A DNA stretch of 64,000 nt from Promethearchaeota archaeon (GTDB lineage Archaea > Asgardarchaeota > Lokiarchaeia > Sigyniarchaeales > SOKP01): assembly GCA_016839555.1 (NCBI GenBank), contig JAEOUA010000001.1:64001-128000 (forward strand), in the 5' to 3' direction. Positions 52,973-63,777 of this stretch are shown one piece after another. The notes below the pieces were generated by a model, which worked only from the letters and a program-made list of their open reading frames with translations, had not been told where the DNA came from and ran no database searches. The translations under genes and the position numbers were made by a program. Each line of letters opens with the position of its first letter. Position 1 is the stretch's first letter.

Positions 52973-55449
52973 GTGAAAAATTGGATGATATTTTTAAGGA
53001 ATTTGAAGATGTCTTTTTAGGTAGAGAAAATGAGATAAAAAAATTCCTCTTAAAATATAAAAAAGATGCCTTTATAAAGCAAGATGTTATCAATGTAGAA
53101 AGAATTGATGCCACGTATAGGCTTGAGACCTCAGGATATAGAAAGAATTTATCTATGTGGCAAAATTTTTATAAAAATCTTATTGTTAGCGTATGCATGG
53201 AAATTAAGCGCAAACAAAGACGTTTTGATTACAAATTCTTTTTTACTGAAGAAAAACTTGATTCAGAACTATTAGAAAAAGTAGAAGAGATTATTAAAGA
53301 AGTAAATAAATTAAAAGCTAGGGCAAAATTTTCAGAAGCGTTAGAGAAAATAGATTTAATAGAAGAAATGGTAGCTGATACACAAGATAAATATTTTAAT
53401 GCACAATTGAGGAATCTACGCCAAGAAATTAAAATTGCTGAAGAAGATTATAATAAAAAATTACAAAGAATAAAAAACTTAGAGTCTGCATTAGAAGAAG
53501 AGAGGCAAAAGCAAAATTATGATAAGGCATTAGATATTTGTGAAGAAATTGTAATCATTGCAGAATCAATCAATCAAAAACAAGTACAAAAAAAATATGA
53601 AGATCTAATTCAAGAATTAACTAGAGAAAAAATTAAAGGACAAATTAATAAATTAAATGAAAAAGCTGAGGAAGCCAGAAAATCCAAAAAGTTCAAAATA
53701 GCAATAGATTTATATAATCAAATTATAAAGCTAGCAGAGTCTGCTGGATTAACTGAAGAAAAGGAGAAATATACTAAAAAAATAGAAGAGACTAATCGTG
53801 AACTAATTAAAAAAGAAATTAATGAATTAGAACAAAAAGTTGATAAAAATAGAAAAGCAGGAAGACGTTTTGTTGCGATATCTAATTGTAATGAAATCAT
53901 TGAGCTTGCAGAGTCAATCAATTTAACTGAGATTAAAGAAAAAACTCTTCAAAAAATCGATGAAATTAAAAAAGAAATGGATCAAGTAAGAAAAAGAGAA
54001 GAAATTGAAAATAAAATCGCTATGTTGGAGAAGGAATTTGCAGAGAGTAAAAAAAATGAAAATTATGAAGAATCTTTAGAAATTACTTTAGAAATTATTG
54101 AATTAGCTAGTTCCATTGATGATAAAGAAACTTGGAAAAAATATACCCAAATAAAAGATGAAATAATAACAAAATTAGAAGAAAAAGAGAAGTCAAAACA
54201 ACAAGAAATTATTGAAGATAAAATAAGAGACTTAGAAGCACAAATAGAAGAAAATCGAAAATCAAATAATCTTGAAAATATTATTATACTTTCAAATACA
54301 ATAATAGAACTCAGTGATTCGATTGAAAGGGATGATATTAAAAAACAATATCAAGAATTGATAGAAAAAATCAAAAAAGAACTCGAGCAAAAGAGAAAGA
54401 AAGAACAAACTGAAGATATTAAACATAAAAAAATATCTGAGCTCCAAAAGATTATTAATGAAAGAGTCCAAAAAAAGGAAAAGGAGCAAGAAGAATTATT
54501 TAATAATGCTAAAAAATTCGAGGATATGATTCAGCTAGAGGAAAATGTCATGCTTATCATTGAGGAATATTCCGTTGATGAGATTATAGGAGATATTTCT
54601 GATGATATAAATCAGATAATAGAAAAATTAAATATTTTACTTAATGAGCATAGAGTCGAAATAAAGGAAAATATTAAAAGTGAATCGGTTTTAATCAGCG
54701 CATCAGGAGAAATTATAGAGTTAGATGATGAAATTAAAGTGGAAAAAGTGGAAGAGGAAGAAGAAACAATATTTAATGTTACATCGGGGTTTGAAAATCC
54801 ATTTGATGATATGATTGAAGAAGCAATTATTACGGATTTAATTCCATATAATTTCGCAATCAATAATGTAGAATTTAATGGAGAGGAAGTTAAAGAATTA
54901 AATAACACACTTTTATTAAAAGATGGGCTCGAAGTGAAATGGCAATTAAAAAATATTAATAAAAATGAACGCGTTGATATTAAATATGATTTAAGAAAGA
55001 GAATATCACGAACAATTCTATTTTTACTCGAAGATCAAGTTAAAATTTTTAAAACTCATTCAAAAATTAAAGAGTCTATACCAAAAGTAGAGGGTCTTTA
55101 CGATGCTAAAATGCCTTTTAAGAATTCCTATGATAAAGCTTTAAATGGATTAGTAATAGAAGATATTATTCCACTTTATTATGTTCATACTATACGAGAA
55201 CCCACTGTATATTTACCTCAAGAGAACGAAACAAATCAAGGAAGTATGGTAAAATGGAATATCGGAAAATTAGAACCTACTAAAATTAAGTACCATTATA
55301 AATTATTAGAGTTGTATAAATTAGAAGAATTAAAAGCTTTAATATATAAATTAGATAAAGAAGGGTTTGCAGCTCTTAAAAAAGATGAAATAATTGAATC
55401 ACTAAAAAAATATAATGAAATCACCAAGATATTGAAAGACTTTATCTAA
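52969..55449 (+). CDS. Large coiled-coil/helical-repeat protein with duplicated C-terminal beta-sandwich
   Basis: About five IIELAESI-type repeats. Two similar modules: N..D....A/L.I.D.IP....VKW.[LI]..[IL].......Y.L. ATGA overlap with the upstream gene. Confidence 0.75.
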   Translation: MSEKLDDIFKEFEDVFLGRENEIKKFLLKYKKDAFIKQDVINVERIDATYRLETSGYRKNLSMWQNFYKNLIVSVCMEIKRKQRRFDYKFFFTEEKLDSELLEKVEEIIKEVNKLKARAKFSEALEKIDLIEEMVADTQDKYFNAQLRNLRQEIKIAEEDYNKKLQRIKNLESALEEERQKQNYDKALDICEEIVIIAESINQKQVQKKYEDLIQELTREKIKGQINKLNEKAEEARKSKKFKIAIDLYNQIIKLAESAGLTEEKEKYTKKIEETNRELIKKEINELEQKVDKNRKAGRRFVAISNCNEIIELAESINLTEIKEKTLQKIDEIKKEMDQVRKREEIENKIAMLEKEFAESKKNENYEESLEITLEIIELASSIDDKETWKKYTQIKDEIITKLEEKEKSKQQEIIEDKIRDLEAQIEENRKSNNLENIIILSNTIIELSDSIERDDIKKQYQELIEKIKKELEQKRKKEQTEDIKHKKISELQKIINERVQKKEKEQEELFNNAKKFEDMIQLEENVMLIIEEYSVDEIIGDISDDINQIIEKLNILLNEHRVEIKENIKSESVLISASGEIIELDDEIKVEKVEEEEETIFNVTSGFENPFDDMIEEAIITDLIPYNFAINNVEFNGEEVKELNNTLLLKDGLEVKWQLKNINKNERVDIKYDLRKRISRTILFLLEDQVKIFKTHSKIKESIPKVEGLYDAKMPFKNSYDKALNGLVIEDIIPLYYVHTIREPTVYLPQENETNQGSMVKWNIGKLEPTKIKYHYKLLELYKLEELKALIYKLDKEGFAALKKDEIIESLKKYNEITKILKDFI

Positions 55450-55485
55450 GATAGAAACCTTGCTTTGTTTAAATATTCTCTATTT

Positions 55486-55962
55486 TTATCCTCTTAAAGT
55501 AGCTATGATTGTTTTTTCATCCAATAAAAAATCTATCGCATCATTAGGATTGGTAAAAATGACATCCGCATTCATTAAACTTTTCCCACTTGCTCCCTCA
55601 CTTCCTATTATTAGAATTCCCAAAGCTGCATTTTTAAGCATTAACATGTCATTATTGCCATTACCAATTGCTATTGTATTTTCTTTTCCCAATTTTAATA
55701 ATTCTTTATTTTTTGCTTCTGCATCTGTTTGATTTCCTGTATTTATTCTAATATATTTAGAATCTAATTTCTTAGCCAATTCATTTAAATTACCACGCGT
55801 ATCTGATGATATCAGAAAAATATTATAGTGCCGTTTTAAAGCTCTAAATTTTTCTATTAATTTATTTGAGATTTTTCCATTAAATTGTAGGGTGCCATTG
55901 ATATCAAAAATGATGTTGCTTATTTCAAGTAAACCAAAATGAGGAATATTAACTTTCTTCAT
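55486..55962 (-). CDS. HAD-family soluble P-type ATPase-like phosphatase (COG4087)
   Basis: FDINGTL..GK, SSDTRG, AIGNGNNDMLML, TIIATLR. Confidence 0.88.
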   Translation of the reverse strand: MKKVNIPHFGLLEISNIIFDINGTLQFNGKISNKLIEKFRALKRHYNIFLISSDTRGNLNELAKKLDSKYIRINTGNQTDAEAKNKELLKLGKENTIAIGNGNNDMLMLKNAALGILIIGSEGASGKSLMNADVIFTNPNDAIDFLLDEKTIIATLRG

Positions 55963-56000
55963 ATATTTTCAAGTTTTCTATAATTAATTAAATTTTAATA

Positions 56001-57542
56001 TTGGTTATTTTTAATAACATTGTAATGTCTAAAAAACAAAAAATAAATCAAGTAATATTATTAATTATTGATGATGTAAAATCTTCACAATTCTTTGAAT
56101 TATTAGATGGGGGAAAGCTTCCCAATTTTAAAGAATTAATAGAAAATGGATCTTTCTGCAAAGATTGCATAACTTCCTTTCCGAGTGTAACATTTCCTTG
56201 CTATCCTAATATCATTACTGGAGCATATTCGGGATATTATCTAAAAGAAGGAAGCGGAATTCCATCTTATCATTGGGTTGCCCGAACAGACCCTCCCTCT
56301 ATAAAGAAAAAACTACCATTTATACGAAACTACTCAATCGGTACTCATATATTTAAAATAGGTTCCGATTTGGGGGATAATGTGAAGACTATTTTTGAAC
56401 AGGCAGGCGAAGGAAACTTTCTCAGTTCTTTAAATATCGTATATCGCGGCTCTTATATTGTACCTCCCACAACATTTAATACGGAGAATGTTTTCAAAAA
56501 TATCGAAAAGGCGTTTATCCAGCCCGAAAAATTTTTCGAAATAAGGGAAGTTCCCAAGATAACAGTAGGATATATTCCTAAAACGGACGAGTTATTGCAT
56601 GATTTTGGATTTGATCATCCAGACTATATAAATGAGATATTGAAATGTGATAAATATTTTGGTTCTCTCATTAATGTTTTAAAAAAAGGGGGATATTATG
56701 ATTCAACCGCATTATGTATAATCTCTGATCATGGAAACTATAAAGTTAAAAACCTCTATGATCTTGAACCTTTTTTCGAAAGAAAAGGACTTATTCCTTA
56801 TAATCCTAAAAAAAAAAGGGGCGATTTTGATGCTAATTTTGGTTCTATAGGTCATTTTAATTTTCCAGGTGATACATGGCATCATCATCCAACAATAAAC
56901 CAAATGAAAAATTTTTCTCCAAGTGGGAAAAGTAATAAATTGAATTTATTTGAAACGCTTTGGGAGATTCCGGGAGTTAAATTAATGTATTATAGGGATG
57001 ATGAAAATACGCCAGAACGAGGTAAAATTTATATCAAAGAAAAAAGTGAAAAAGATGGAAAATTAAGAGAAGGATTAATTGAGTATAGAGGATTCGGAAA
57101 GGAATTAGAGACTAAATATACTTTTTATGATGAACATGAAATATATGGTTATGAAAAAAGTGAAAAATCTGCAACATTACTTGATAATAATTTTCATAAT
57201 ATAGAGGATTGGCTTTCTGGGACGTATAATATTGATTTTCCAATGGTTAGTGATCAAATTTCACGCTATTTTAAAAATCCTCGTTGTTGCGATATTTTAA
57301 TATCCACTAAAGGAGAATATGGGTTTAATTATGAGCATGGGGAAACTAAAAACGAACATGTCTATTCACATGATATTGGATTAAAGAAATCTATGACTGT
57401 ACCGATGATAATAGGAGGGTCACAAAATATTCCTCAAACTGAATTGACCTACTGTAAAACAACTGATATTGTTCCTACTCTTTTAAATCTGTTAGGAATT
57501 ACACCACATAAGAGCGTGATTGGAAAAAATCTCTTTAAATAA
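56001..57542 (+). CDS. Alkaline phosphatase superfamily nucleotide pyrophosphatase/phosphodiesterase
   Basis: IIDD, SFPSVTFP..IITG, DELLH, IISDHG, YSHD, TTDIVPTLL. Real start may be the ATG about 8 codons in. Confidence 0.85.
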   Translation: MVIFNNIVMSKKQKINQVILLIIDDVKSSQFFELLDGGKLPNFKELIENGSFCKDCITSFPSVTFPCYPNIITGAYSGYYLKEGSGIPSYHWVARTDPPSIKKKLPFIRNYSIGTHIFKIGSDLGDNVKTIFEQAGEGNFLSSLNIVYRGSYIVPPTTFNTENVFKNIEKAFIQPEKFFEIREVPKITVGYIPKTDELLHDFGFDHPDYINEILKCDKYFGSLINVLKKGGYYDSTALCIISDHGNYKVKNLYDLEPFFERKGLIPYNPKKKRGDFDANFGSIGHFNFPGDTWHHHPTINQMKNFSPSGKSNKLNLFETLWEIPGVKLMYYRDDENTPERGKIYIKEKSEKDGKLREGLIEYRGFGKELETKYTFYDEHEIYGYEKSEKSATLLDNNFHNIEDWLSGTYNIDFPMVSDQISRYFKNPRCCDILISTKGEYGFNYEHGETKNEHVYSHDIGLKKSMTVPMIIGGSQNIPQTELTYCKTTDIVPTLLNLLGITPHKSVIGKNLFK

Positions 57543-57616
57543 ATGGATAAAGCTTTATTCTAGATTTTTTAATAAAAACTATTTTAAATAACATTCATTT
57601 TACAAATTGAGAAAAA

Positions 57617-58075
57617 ATGGAAAAAGATCGTAGAAAAACTATATTTTCTGAAGAAGAAAAGAAATTAATCCAATCATTAAAACAAGAACTTAGGTTGATG
57701 GGAATACCCCGAAATGAATGGGCGAGTTATATTCAACAAGAGCTTACTTATCATAGAAATAAGAAAAATCGAAAATCACCTTTGAAAAAGGAATTGGGAG
57801 TTTTAGGCTTCTTTAAAAAAATCTGGGATAAGATAATTAGCTTCTTTTTTAAATCAGCAATAAAGAGATTTACAAAAGATGGAGATTTTATTGAACAATT
57901 TCAAAAATATCTTGAAGAACCCTACCAATTTTCTGAAGAAGAAAAAAAAATTGTGGAGATGTTAAATCCTCAAGTATATTTTAACAATGTTAGCGATTTA
58001 GGGAAAGGAAGAGGAACATTTAAGAAAAAAGGAGAAGAAACAATAGTAGACTTTGATGATGAGATGACTGATTGA
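57617..58075 (+). CDS. Hypothetical protein
   Basis: 152-aa ORF with an amphipathic segment (LGFFKKIWDKIISFFF) and a repeated FSEEEKK motif. Confidence 0.65.
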   Translation: MEKDRRKTIFSEEEKKLIQSLKQELRLMGIPRNEWASYIQQELTYHRNKKNRKSPLKKELGVLGFFKKIWDKIISFFFKSAIKRFTKDGDFIEQFQKYLEEPYQFSEEEKKIVEMLNPQVYFNNVSDLGKGRGTFKKKGEETIVDFDDEMTD

Positions 58076-58345
58076 ATTCTATTTTTTTTTTATTTAATTT
58101 TATCTAAACTTCATAAAGAAAAAATAATGAATTTTTAATAATTTTAATTGACATCAAGTTTAACTTAAATTTCATAAAACATTTAAAATTTCTAAATTAT
58201 ATCTTTCTATTAATTATAATGATTAGATATACTTTTAATTTAAGAATTATAAAATTATCAAAATCCAAAAAACTTTTTATGTGAAAACATTTTTTTTCCT
58301 AAAAATTTAATATATATCTAACATAATCAACTGAGCTAAAAGAAA

Positions 58346-59650
58346 ATGCAGATTGATTCTTTAGTAGAGCAATCGAATAATAATATAAAGGTTATTAATA
58401 AAATAAAAACAAAAAATTACATATCTTGGATAGATATAATGAGGGGGATTGGTATTATAATTATTATCTTCCATCATGTGGGATTAAATGTTTTTCTAGG
58501 GTCAGGGGCTTTATCATATGAGTTTTACGATAATATCCTTTATTATTCAGTAATACCTGTTTTTATTTTTTTATCAGGATATACTATGTATATTAATTAT
58601 AATGAAATTAGTAATTATAAAACATATTTCAAAAAAAAATTTAAATATATAATTCCCAATTATCTTATATGGGGAATTCCCACCTGCTTTTTTTTCTTAC
58701 TATTTACGTTATCTTCTAATTTAGATTTTATTTCCTTATTAATAACTACTGTTTTAAGTGTATTAACAGGAAATATATGGATAATTTATTTTATTTATGT
58801 TATAATTCAGCTCTATATTATCTATCCCTTGATATTAAAGATAATAAATAGAATAAAAAAACCATTTATTTATTTTATAATTTATATCTTATTACTTTTA
58901 ATTATCTTCATCATCTCGATCTATTTAATTGATGTGGCATCACTTTCGAAACTTGCTTTAAAGATTCCACTAAATCAACAGGCAAATTTGAATTTATATA
59001 TTTTAAGATATACTCCAATATCAGTTACTTATCTAGAATATCTTTCAATTTTTATTTTTGGTATATTATGCGCTAAATATAAAAGTAATATTTCAAATTT
59101 GAAGCACCATAAAGCAATAATAGTTTTATTGGTTCCCATCTTTATCTTGCTTTACTTTACTGTGAGTGGATATCACGTAAATCCTGTAATGTGGACATCA
59201 TCCTCCCAACCAGTAAAGATATACCCGAAATTCGAAGAATATTTTGGATGCTTCCTAAATATTATAGCACAACTCATCTACCTTTTTATGATATATTCAT
59301 TTTTTTCCAAAATAAAATTCTCTAGTAATACGATTGAAAAAGAAAATATTGAAAGAAGAAAAGTTAATGAAAAAAGTATAAAATTGAAATTTAAGAGATT
59401 AAATAATAAAATAAAATTAATTCTATGGAAAGTAGGAATATATTCAGCAGGTATCTATTATATGCATTTTTTTACTCTATACTTTTTCTTATCAATTCAA
59501 AATCTAATATTGTCCAAATTAATCCCAAATCTTTATATTCTATTTTTAATAAGATTTTTCGGGTTATTGTTTCTTATAGCTATATCCTATCTATTAGTTA
59601 ATTATTTAAGTAAAAATATAAAGAGGTCAAGATATATAATCGGTGTTTGA
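58346..59650 (+). CDS. Acyltransferase family 3 (membrane O-acyltransferase)
   Basis: YISWIDIMRGIGIIIIIFHH, VIPVFIFLSGY, VGIYSAGIYYMH. About 10 TM helices. Confidence 0.85.
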   Translation: MQIDSLVEQSNNNIKVINKIKTKNYISWIDIMRGIGIIIIIFHHVGLNVFLGSGALSYEFYDNILYYSVIPVFIFLSGYTMYINYNEISNYKTYFKKKFKYIIPNYLIWGIPTCFFFLLFTLSSNLDFISLLITTVLSVLTGNIWIIYFIYVIIQLYIIYPLILKIINRIKKPFIYFIIYILLLLIIFIISIYLIDVASLSKLALKIPLNQQANLNLYILRYTPISVTYLEYLSIFIFGILCAKYKSNISNLKHHKAIIVLLVPIFILLYFTVSGYHVNPVMWTSSSQPVKIYPKFEEYFGCFLNIIAQLIYLFMIYSFFSKIKFSSNTIEKENIERRKVNEKSIKLKFKRLNNKIKLILWKVGIYSAGIYYMHFFTLYFFLSIQNLILSKLIPNLYILFLIRFFGLLFLIAISYLLVNYLSKNIKRSRYIIGV

Positions 59651-59730
59651 AATAATCACTATAATTATTTATGAAAGATTCTATTTTATGAATTTTTTAA
59701 ATTTAAATTAAAAAAAAACCATTTTTAATA

Positions 59731-62529
59731 ATGAAGTCTAATAAAATTGTTTTGGTTCCAGAAACTCATTGGGATAGAGAATGGTATCTTCCTTTTCAAG
59801 AATTTCGAGCAAGACTAGTTATTATGATGGATAAATTATTAAACATCTTAAAAAACGATCCTGATTATGCAAACTTTACTTTTGATGGACAAACGATACC
59901 TATTGAAGATTATTTAGAAGTTAGACCAGATAAAGAAGAAGAAATTAAAAATTATGTCCAAGAAAATCGTCTTTCAATAGGTCCATTCTATGTCTTAGCA
60001 GATGAATTTCTGGTTAGTGGTGAATCTCTAATAAGAAATTTAATGATTGGACATCAAATTGCAAGAGATTATGGTCGGGTGATGAAAGCTGGCTACATTC
60101 CGGATCCTTTTGGTCATTGCGCTCAATTACCTCAGATCTTGAAGGGTTTTGAAATTCCTTCTGTATTATTCTGGAGAGGATTTGGTAATGAATTTGAGGA
60201 AAATAATTTGAATATGGAATTTAACTGGGAATCTCCTGGAAAGGCAGCTACTCTCTTGGCTATTCATCTAATTTCAAGCTATGGGTCTCTTGCTGATCTT
60301 AAAACCAAGAAAGTAAATGGAACTTATAAAAGGGCATTGCGTAGCATTAGACGAATAGTATCGCAATTAGAAAAGTATACTGCTACACCTATTATTCTAC
60401 TTAATAATGGTTCTGATCATGATGAAGCACAACCAGAAATACCAGAGATTATCCAACAATGGAATAAAAAAAATCCTGATAAAAAAATAGTGCAACGGGA
60501 TTTTGAATATTATATAGATAAGGTGCTTGAATATAATCCTAAATTAAATACATATCAGGGAGAACTAAGGGGTGGAAGATATGCTCATCTTCTTTCCGGT
60601 GTATTTTCAGCTAGGATGTGGATTAAACAAAGAAATACTAAAATCCAATATCTTTATGAGACGTATGCAGAGCCTTTAAGTGCCATAACATGGGTATTAG
60701 ATAATAAAGGAGAATTTGATTATCCATCTGATTATATTCAAACGGGATTGAAATGGTTAATCAAGAATCATCCTCATGATAGTATATGTGGATGTTCTAT
60801 TGACCAAGTACATGAGGAAATGAAAACAAGATTTGATTGGGCAGAACAAATAGGCAAAGAAATTATTAAAAATTCTGTAGGTTATTTGAGTAGCTTAATT
60901 CAAACCTCAACTGACAATAAAGATTTAATACCATTAATTGTATATAATCCTTTACCTTGGAAAAGAAAAGATGTGGTAATTTTTAATGCAATAACTCCAT
61001 CAAAAAATAAAAGTCACTTTCCTACCAATTTTACTTTAATTGATTATAAAGGGAAGGAAATAAAATACCAAGGATATTTAATAGTAGAAGAGCCAAGATA
61101 TGACCAAGAATCCAATATTAGTGGAACATTTACCTTTTTAGCAGAAGTTCCCGCTTGTGGATATAAAAGGTATTATATTAATCCAAATCAAAACCCATCC
61201 TATTTAAATGAAAAAGAAAATGAGTTGACCTCGAATTCAAATGAAAATTCTATAGAAAATGAATTTTATAAGATAAAAATTAATAATGAAGGAAATATTA
61301 AAGTTTTAGATAAAGAGACAGGAACTTGGTATAATCAAATATGCTTTTTCGAAGATAAAGGTGATTGGGGAGATGAATATGATTTTTCCGGGCCAAATGA
61401 TAATCAAATAGATATAGAATTTACATCTGATAACGCGATTATTTTAAAGGTTTCTAAATTACTTGATGGACCAATTTATAAGTCAATTACCCTAAAAAAT
61501 AATTTAAAACTACCCATTTCTCTAACCGAAAATAGAGAAAGAAGAGAAGACATTTTTATAGATAATAATATTGAAGTTAACATTTCTCTTTATCAAGGGA
61601 TTAAAAGAATTGATTTTAAGATTAATGTTGAAAATAATAGCAAAGATCATAGATTAAGGGTATTATTTCCTTCTAATATTAAAACTGATAAAATGTATGC
61701 TGATGGACATTTTTATATAATACCCAGGCAAATTGAATTGCCAAGTGGAAAAAATTGGGTTCAGCAACCTCTTCCTACAAATCATCAAAAGGATTTTGTT
61801 TCCATTTCAGATAATAAGAGATGTTTTTCTGTTATTAACAAGGGGCTTCCCGAATATGAAGCAATTAAAAATGGGGATGGCACTATTACATTGGCTATCA
61901 CATTATTAAGGTGCGTTGAATGGCTTTCAAGAGATGATTTTAAAACTCGAAATTCTCACGCAGGTCCTCAATTAAGAACTCCTGGAGCACAATGTTTAGG
62001 AAATCATACTTTCGAACTCTCCTTAGTAATAGAAGGAGCAAAAACCAATTGGTTGGATGCAAAAATTCATCTAAAAGGGAAAGAGTTTAATAATTCATTA
62101 ATGCCAGTATTTCCATCCATGATTAATTCTGATCTGAGATTGATGGATAAAATAGTTCTTAATCCAACAGGAATATTATCCTTATATCTGGAATCCAGCA
62201 AAATGGAAAGAAAACCTTTTTTGCCCCCAATATTAAGTTTTATTGAAATAGATAATAAAGCGGTTTTAATAAGCGCCTTGAAAAAGGCGGAAAATAGTAA
62301 TAGTTTGATCCTCAGAGTTTATAATATATCTGATAAAAAACAAGACACATCTCTAACGTTGTGTGACTCAATTAAGGTAAGTAATGTTTCAATAGTAAAT
62401 TTCTTGGAAGAAACTCCTAAGCATCATATTAAAGCAAATGTAGAAAAAAAGACCAATCACCAAATAAAGCTTAATCTAGGACCACACGTGATTGCAACAT
62501 TAAAAATTGATTTCGAATTTATAACATGA
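59731..62529 (+). CDS. Glycoside hydrolase family 38 alpha-mannosidase (MngB-like)
   Basis: THWDREWY, FDGQT, DEFLVSGESLIRN, PDPFGH, GSDH, NHPHDSICGCSID, DHRLRV, ITLLRC. Confidence 0.94.
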   Translation: MKSNKIVLVPETHWDREWYLPFQEFRARLVIMMDKLLNILKNDPDYANFTFDGQTIPIEDYLEVRPDKEEEIKNYVQENRLSIGPFYVLADEFLVSGESLIRNLMIGHQIARDYGRVMKAGYIPDPFGHCAQLPQILKGFEIPSVLFWRGFGNEFEENNLNMEFNWESPGKAATLLAIHLISSYGSLADLKTKKVNGTYKRALRSIRRIVSQLEKYTATPIILLNNGSDHDEAQPEIPEIIQQWNKKNPDKKIVQRDFEYYIDKVLEYNPKLNTYQGELRGGRYAHLLSGVFSARMWIKQRNTKIQYLYETYAEPLSAITWVLDNKGEFDYPSDYIQTGLKWLIKNHPHDSICGCSIDQVHEEMKTRFDWAEQIGKEIIKNSVGYLSSLIQTSTDNKDLIPLIVYNPLPWKRKDVVIFNAITPSKNKSHFPTNFTLIDYKGKEIKYQGYLIVEEPRYDQESNISGTFTFLAEVPACGYKRYYINPNQNPSYLNEKENELTSNSNENSIENEFYKIKINNEGNIKVLDKETGTWYNQICFFEDKGDWGDEYDFSGPNDNQIDIEFTSDNAIILKVSKLLDGPIYKSITLKNNLKLPISLTENRERREDIFIDNNIEVNISLYQGIKRIDFKINVENNSKDHRLRVLFPSNIKTDKMYADGHFYIIPRQIELPSGKNWVQQPLPTNHQKDFVSISDNKRCFSVINKGLPEYEAIKNGDGTITLAITLLRCVEWLSRDDFKTRNSHAGPQLRTPGAQCLGNHTFELSLVIEGAKTNWLDAKIHLKGKEFNNSLMPVFPSMINSDLRLMDKIVLNPTGILSLYLESSKMERKPFLPPILSFIEIDNKAVLISALKKAENSNSLILRVYNISDKKQDTSLTLCDSIKVSNVSIVNFLEETPKHHIKANVEKKTNHQIKLNLGPHVIATLKIDFEFIT

Positions 62530-62682
62530 TTCCCAATGATTAGAGTATTTAATTTTCAATGTCATGAAAATGTCTAATAGACCTTAAATGTTTAATTAAT
62601 CCATAAAGCGATTAGTTATCATGGTAAGGATCTTCAAATTTTAATTAAATGATTGCTTTAATAATCTAAGGTGAATTAAAAT

Positions 62683-63753
62683 ATGAATTTCATGGAATAC
62701 GGAAAATTATATATTTCAAAAATAAACGAAATGATAAAGGACTTCTTTGTAAGAAAAATTAACTCCATTCAAAATGCCTTTCTTAAGAATTATTATTCTG
62801 AATTAAAAGATTATTTTTTAGCTGGTGGGAAAAGAATACGTCCATTATTGTGTATCGCCGCCTATAATGCCTTTACTAAGGAAAAAAGTGATATGATTTT
62901 AGTCCCTTCTGTAGGAACGGAATTTTTGCATAATGCGTCATTAGTACATGATGATATTATAGATCGTGATCAATATAGAAGGGGTGAATTGGCATTTCAT
63001 TATCGATATCAAGAATATTATAGTAGATATGACTTAAAAAAGATGTCTAAAGAGGAATTTGGCAATTCTATTGGAATAATAGGAGGAGATTCCGCATTTT
63101 TTATTGGATTGGAACCTTATTTGTATAATCAGTTTGATAATAAACTAAATCTTGAAGCTATCAGCCTTTATAAACAAGCTTTTATTGAAATTTCTAATGG
63201 TGTTTTAATAGAAACCGAAATGCAAACAAGCAAACGAGATATTTCTATGGATGAATATATAGAGATGGTATCTCTGAAAACAGGAGCACTCTTAGAAAAA
63301 TCAATTTTAATAGGGGCTAGTTACGCCCAAGCAGAGGAACCTCATAAAAAATTATTAAGTATTTATGGGATGAATTTAGGAATAATTTTTCAAATTAAGG
63401 ATGACATTCTTGGGACATTTGGAGATGAAGAAAAGACTGGAAAACCTGCAGACAGTGATATAAAAGAAGGGAAAAAAACATGCCTATTCATAGAAGCTTT
63501 AAACAAATTGGATAAAAACTCTAAACAAACTTTGTCCCAAATCATGGAAAAAGATCATATTTCTGATGAAGATGTAAACATTGTAAAAGAATTATATTCT
63601 CAAGCAGACGTGGTTTCTTCTTGTAAAAAGTTGGCGAATTCATATTATCAAGAAGCAAAACAGTCATTAAATTCTTTAAAATCTATAATAAACGAAGAAG
63701 AAGCAGAATTATTTGATAGTCTGCTTACCTTTGTAGCAGAAAGAGAATTTTAA
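62683..63753 (+). CDS. Trans-polyprenyl diphosphate synthase (IdsA/GGPPS family)
   Basis: GGKRIRP, FARM HDDIID..RRG, LKTGAL, SARM-like FQIKDDILG, SDIKEGKKT. Confidence 0.92.
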   Translation: MNFMEYGKLYISKINEMIKDFFVRKINSIQNAFLKNYYSELKDYFLAGGKRIRPLLCIAAYNAFTKEKSDMILVPSVGTEFLHNASLVHDDIIDRDQYRRGELAFHYRYQEYYSRYDLKKMSKEEFGNSIGIIGGDSAFFIGLEPYLYNQFDNKLNLEAISLYKQAFIEISNGVLIETEMQTSKRDISMDEYIEMVSLKTGALLEKSILIGASYAQAEEPHKKLLSIYGMNLGIIFQIKDDILGTFGDEEKTGKPADSDIKEGKKTCLFIEALNKLDKNSKQTLSQIMEKDHISDEDVNIVKELYSQADVVSSCKKLANSYYQEAKQSLNSLKSIINEEEAELFDSLLTFVAEREF

Positions 63754-63777
63754 TCTCCATTTTTACTGAAATTTATT

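Noticed and set aside
53400-54400. Possible DNA repeat array in the 826-aa gene
   Set aside because: The periodicity is a degenerate protein-level helical repeat, not a nucleotide array.
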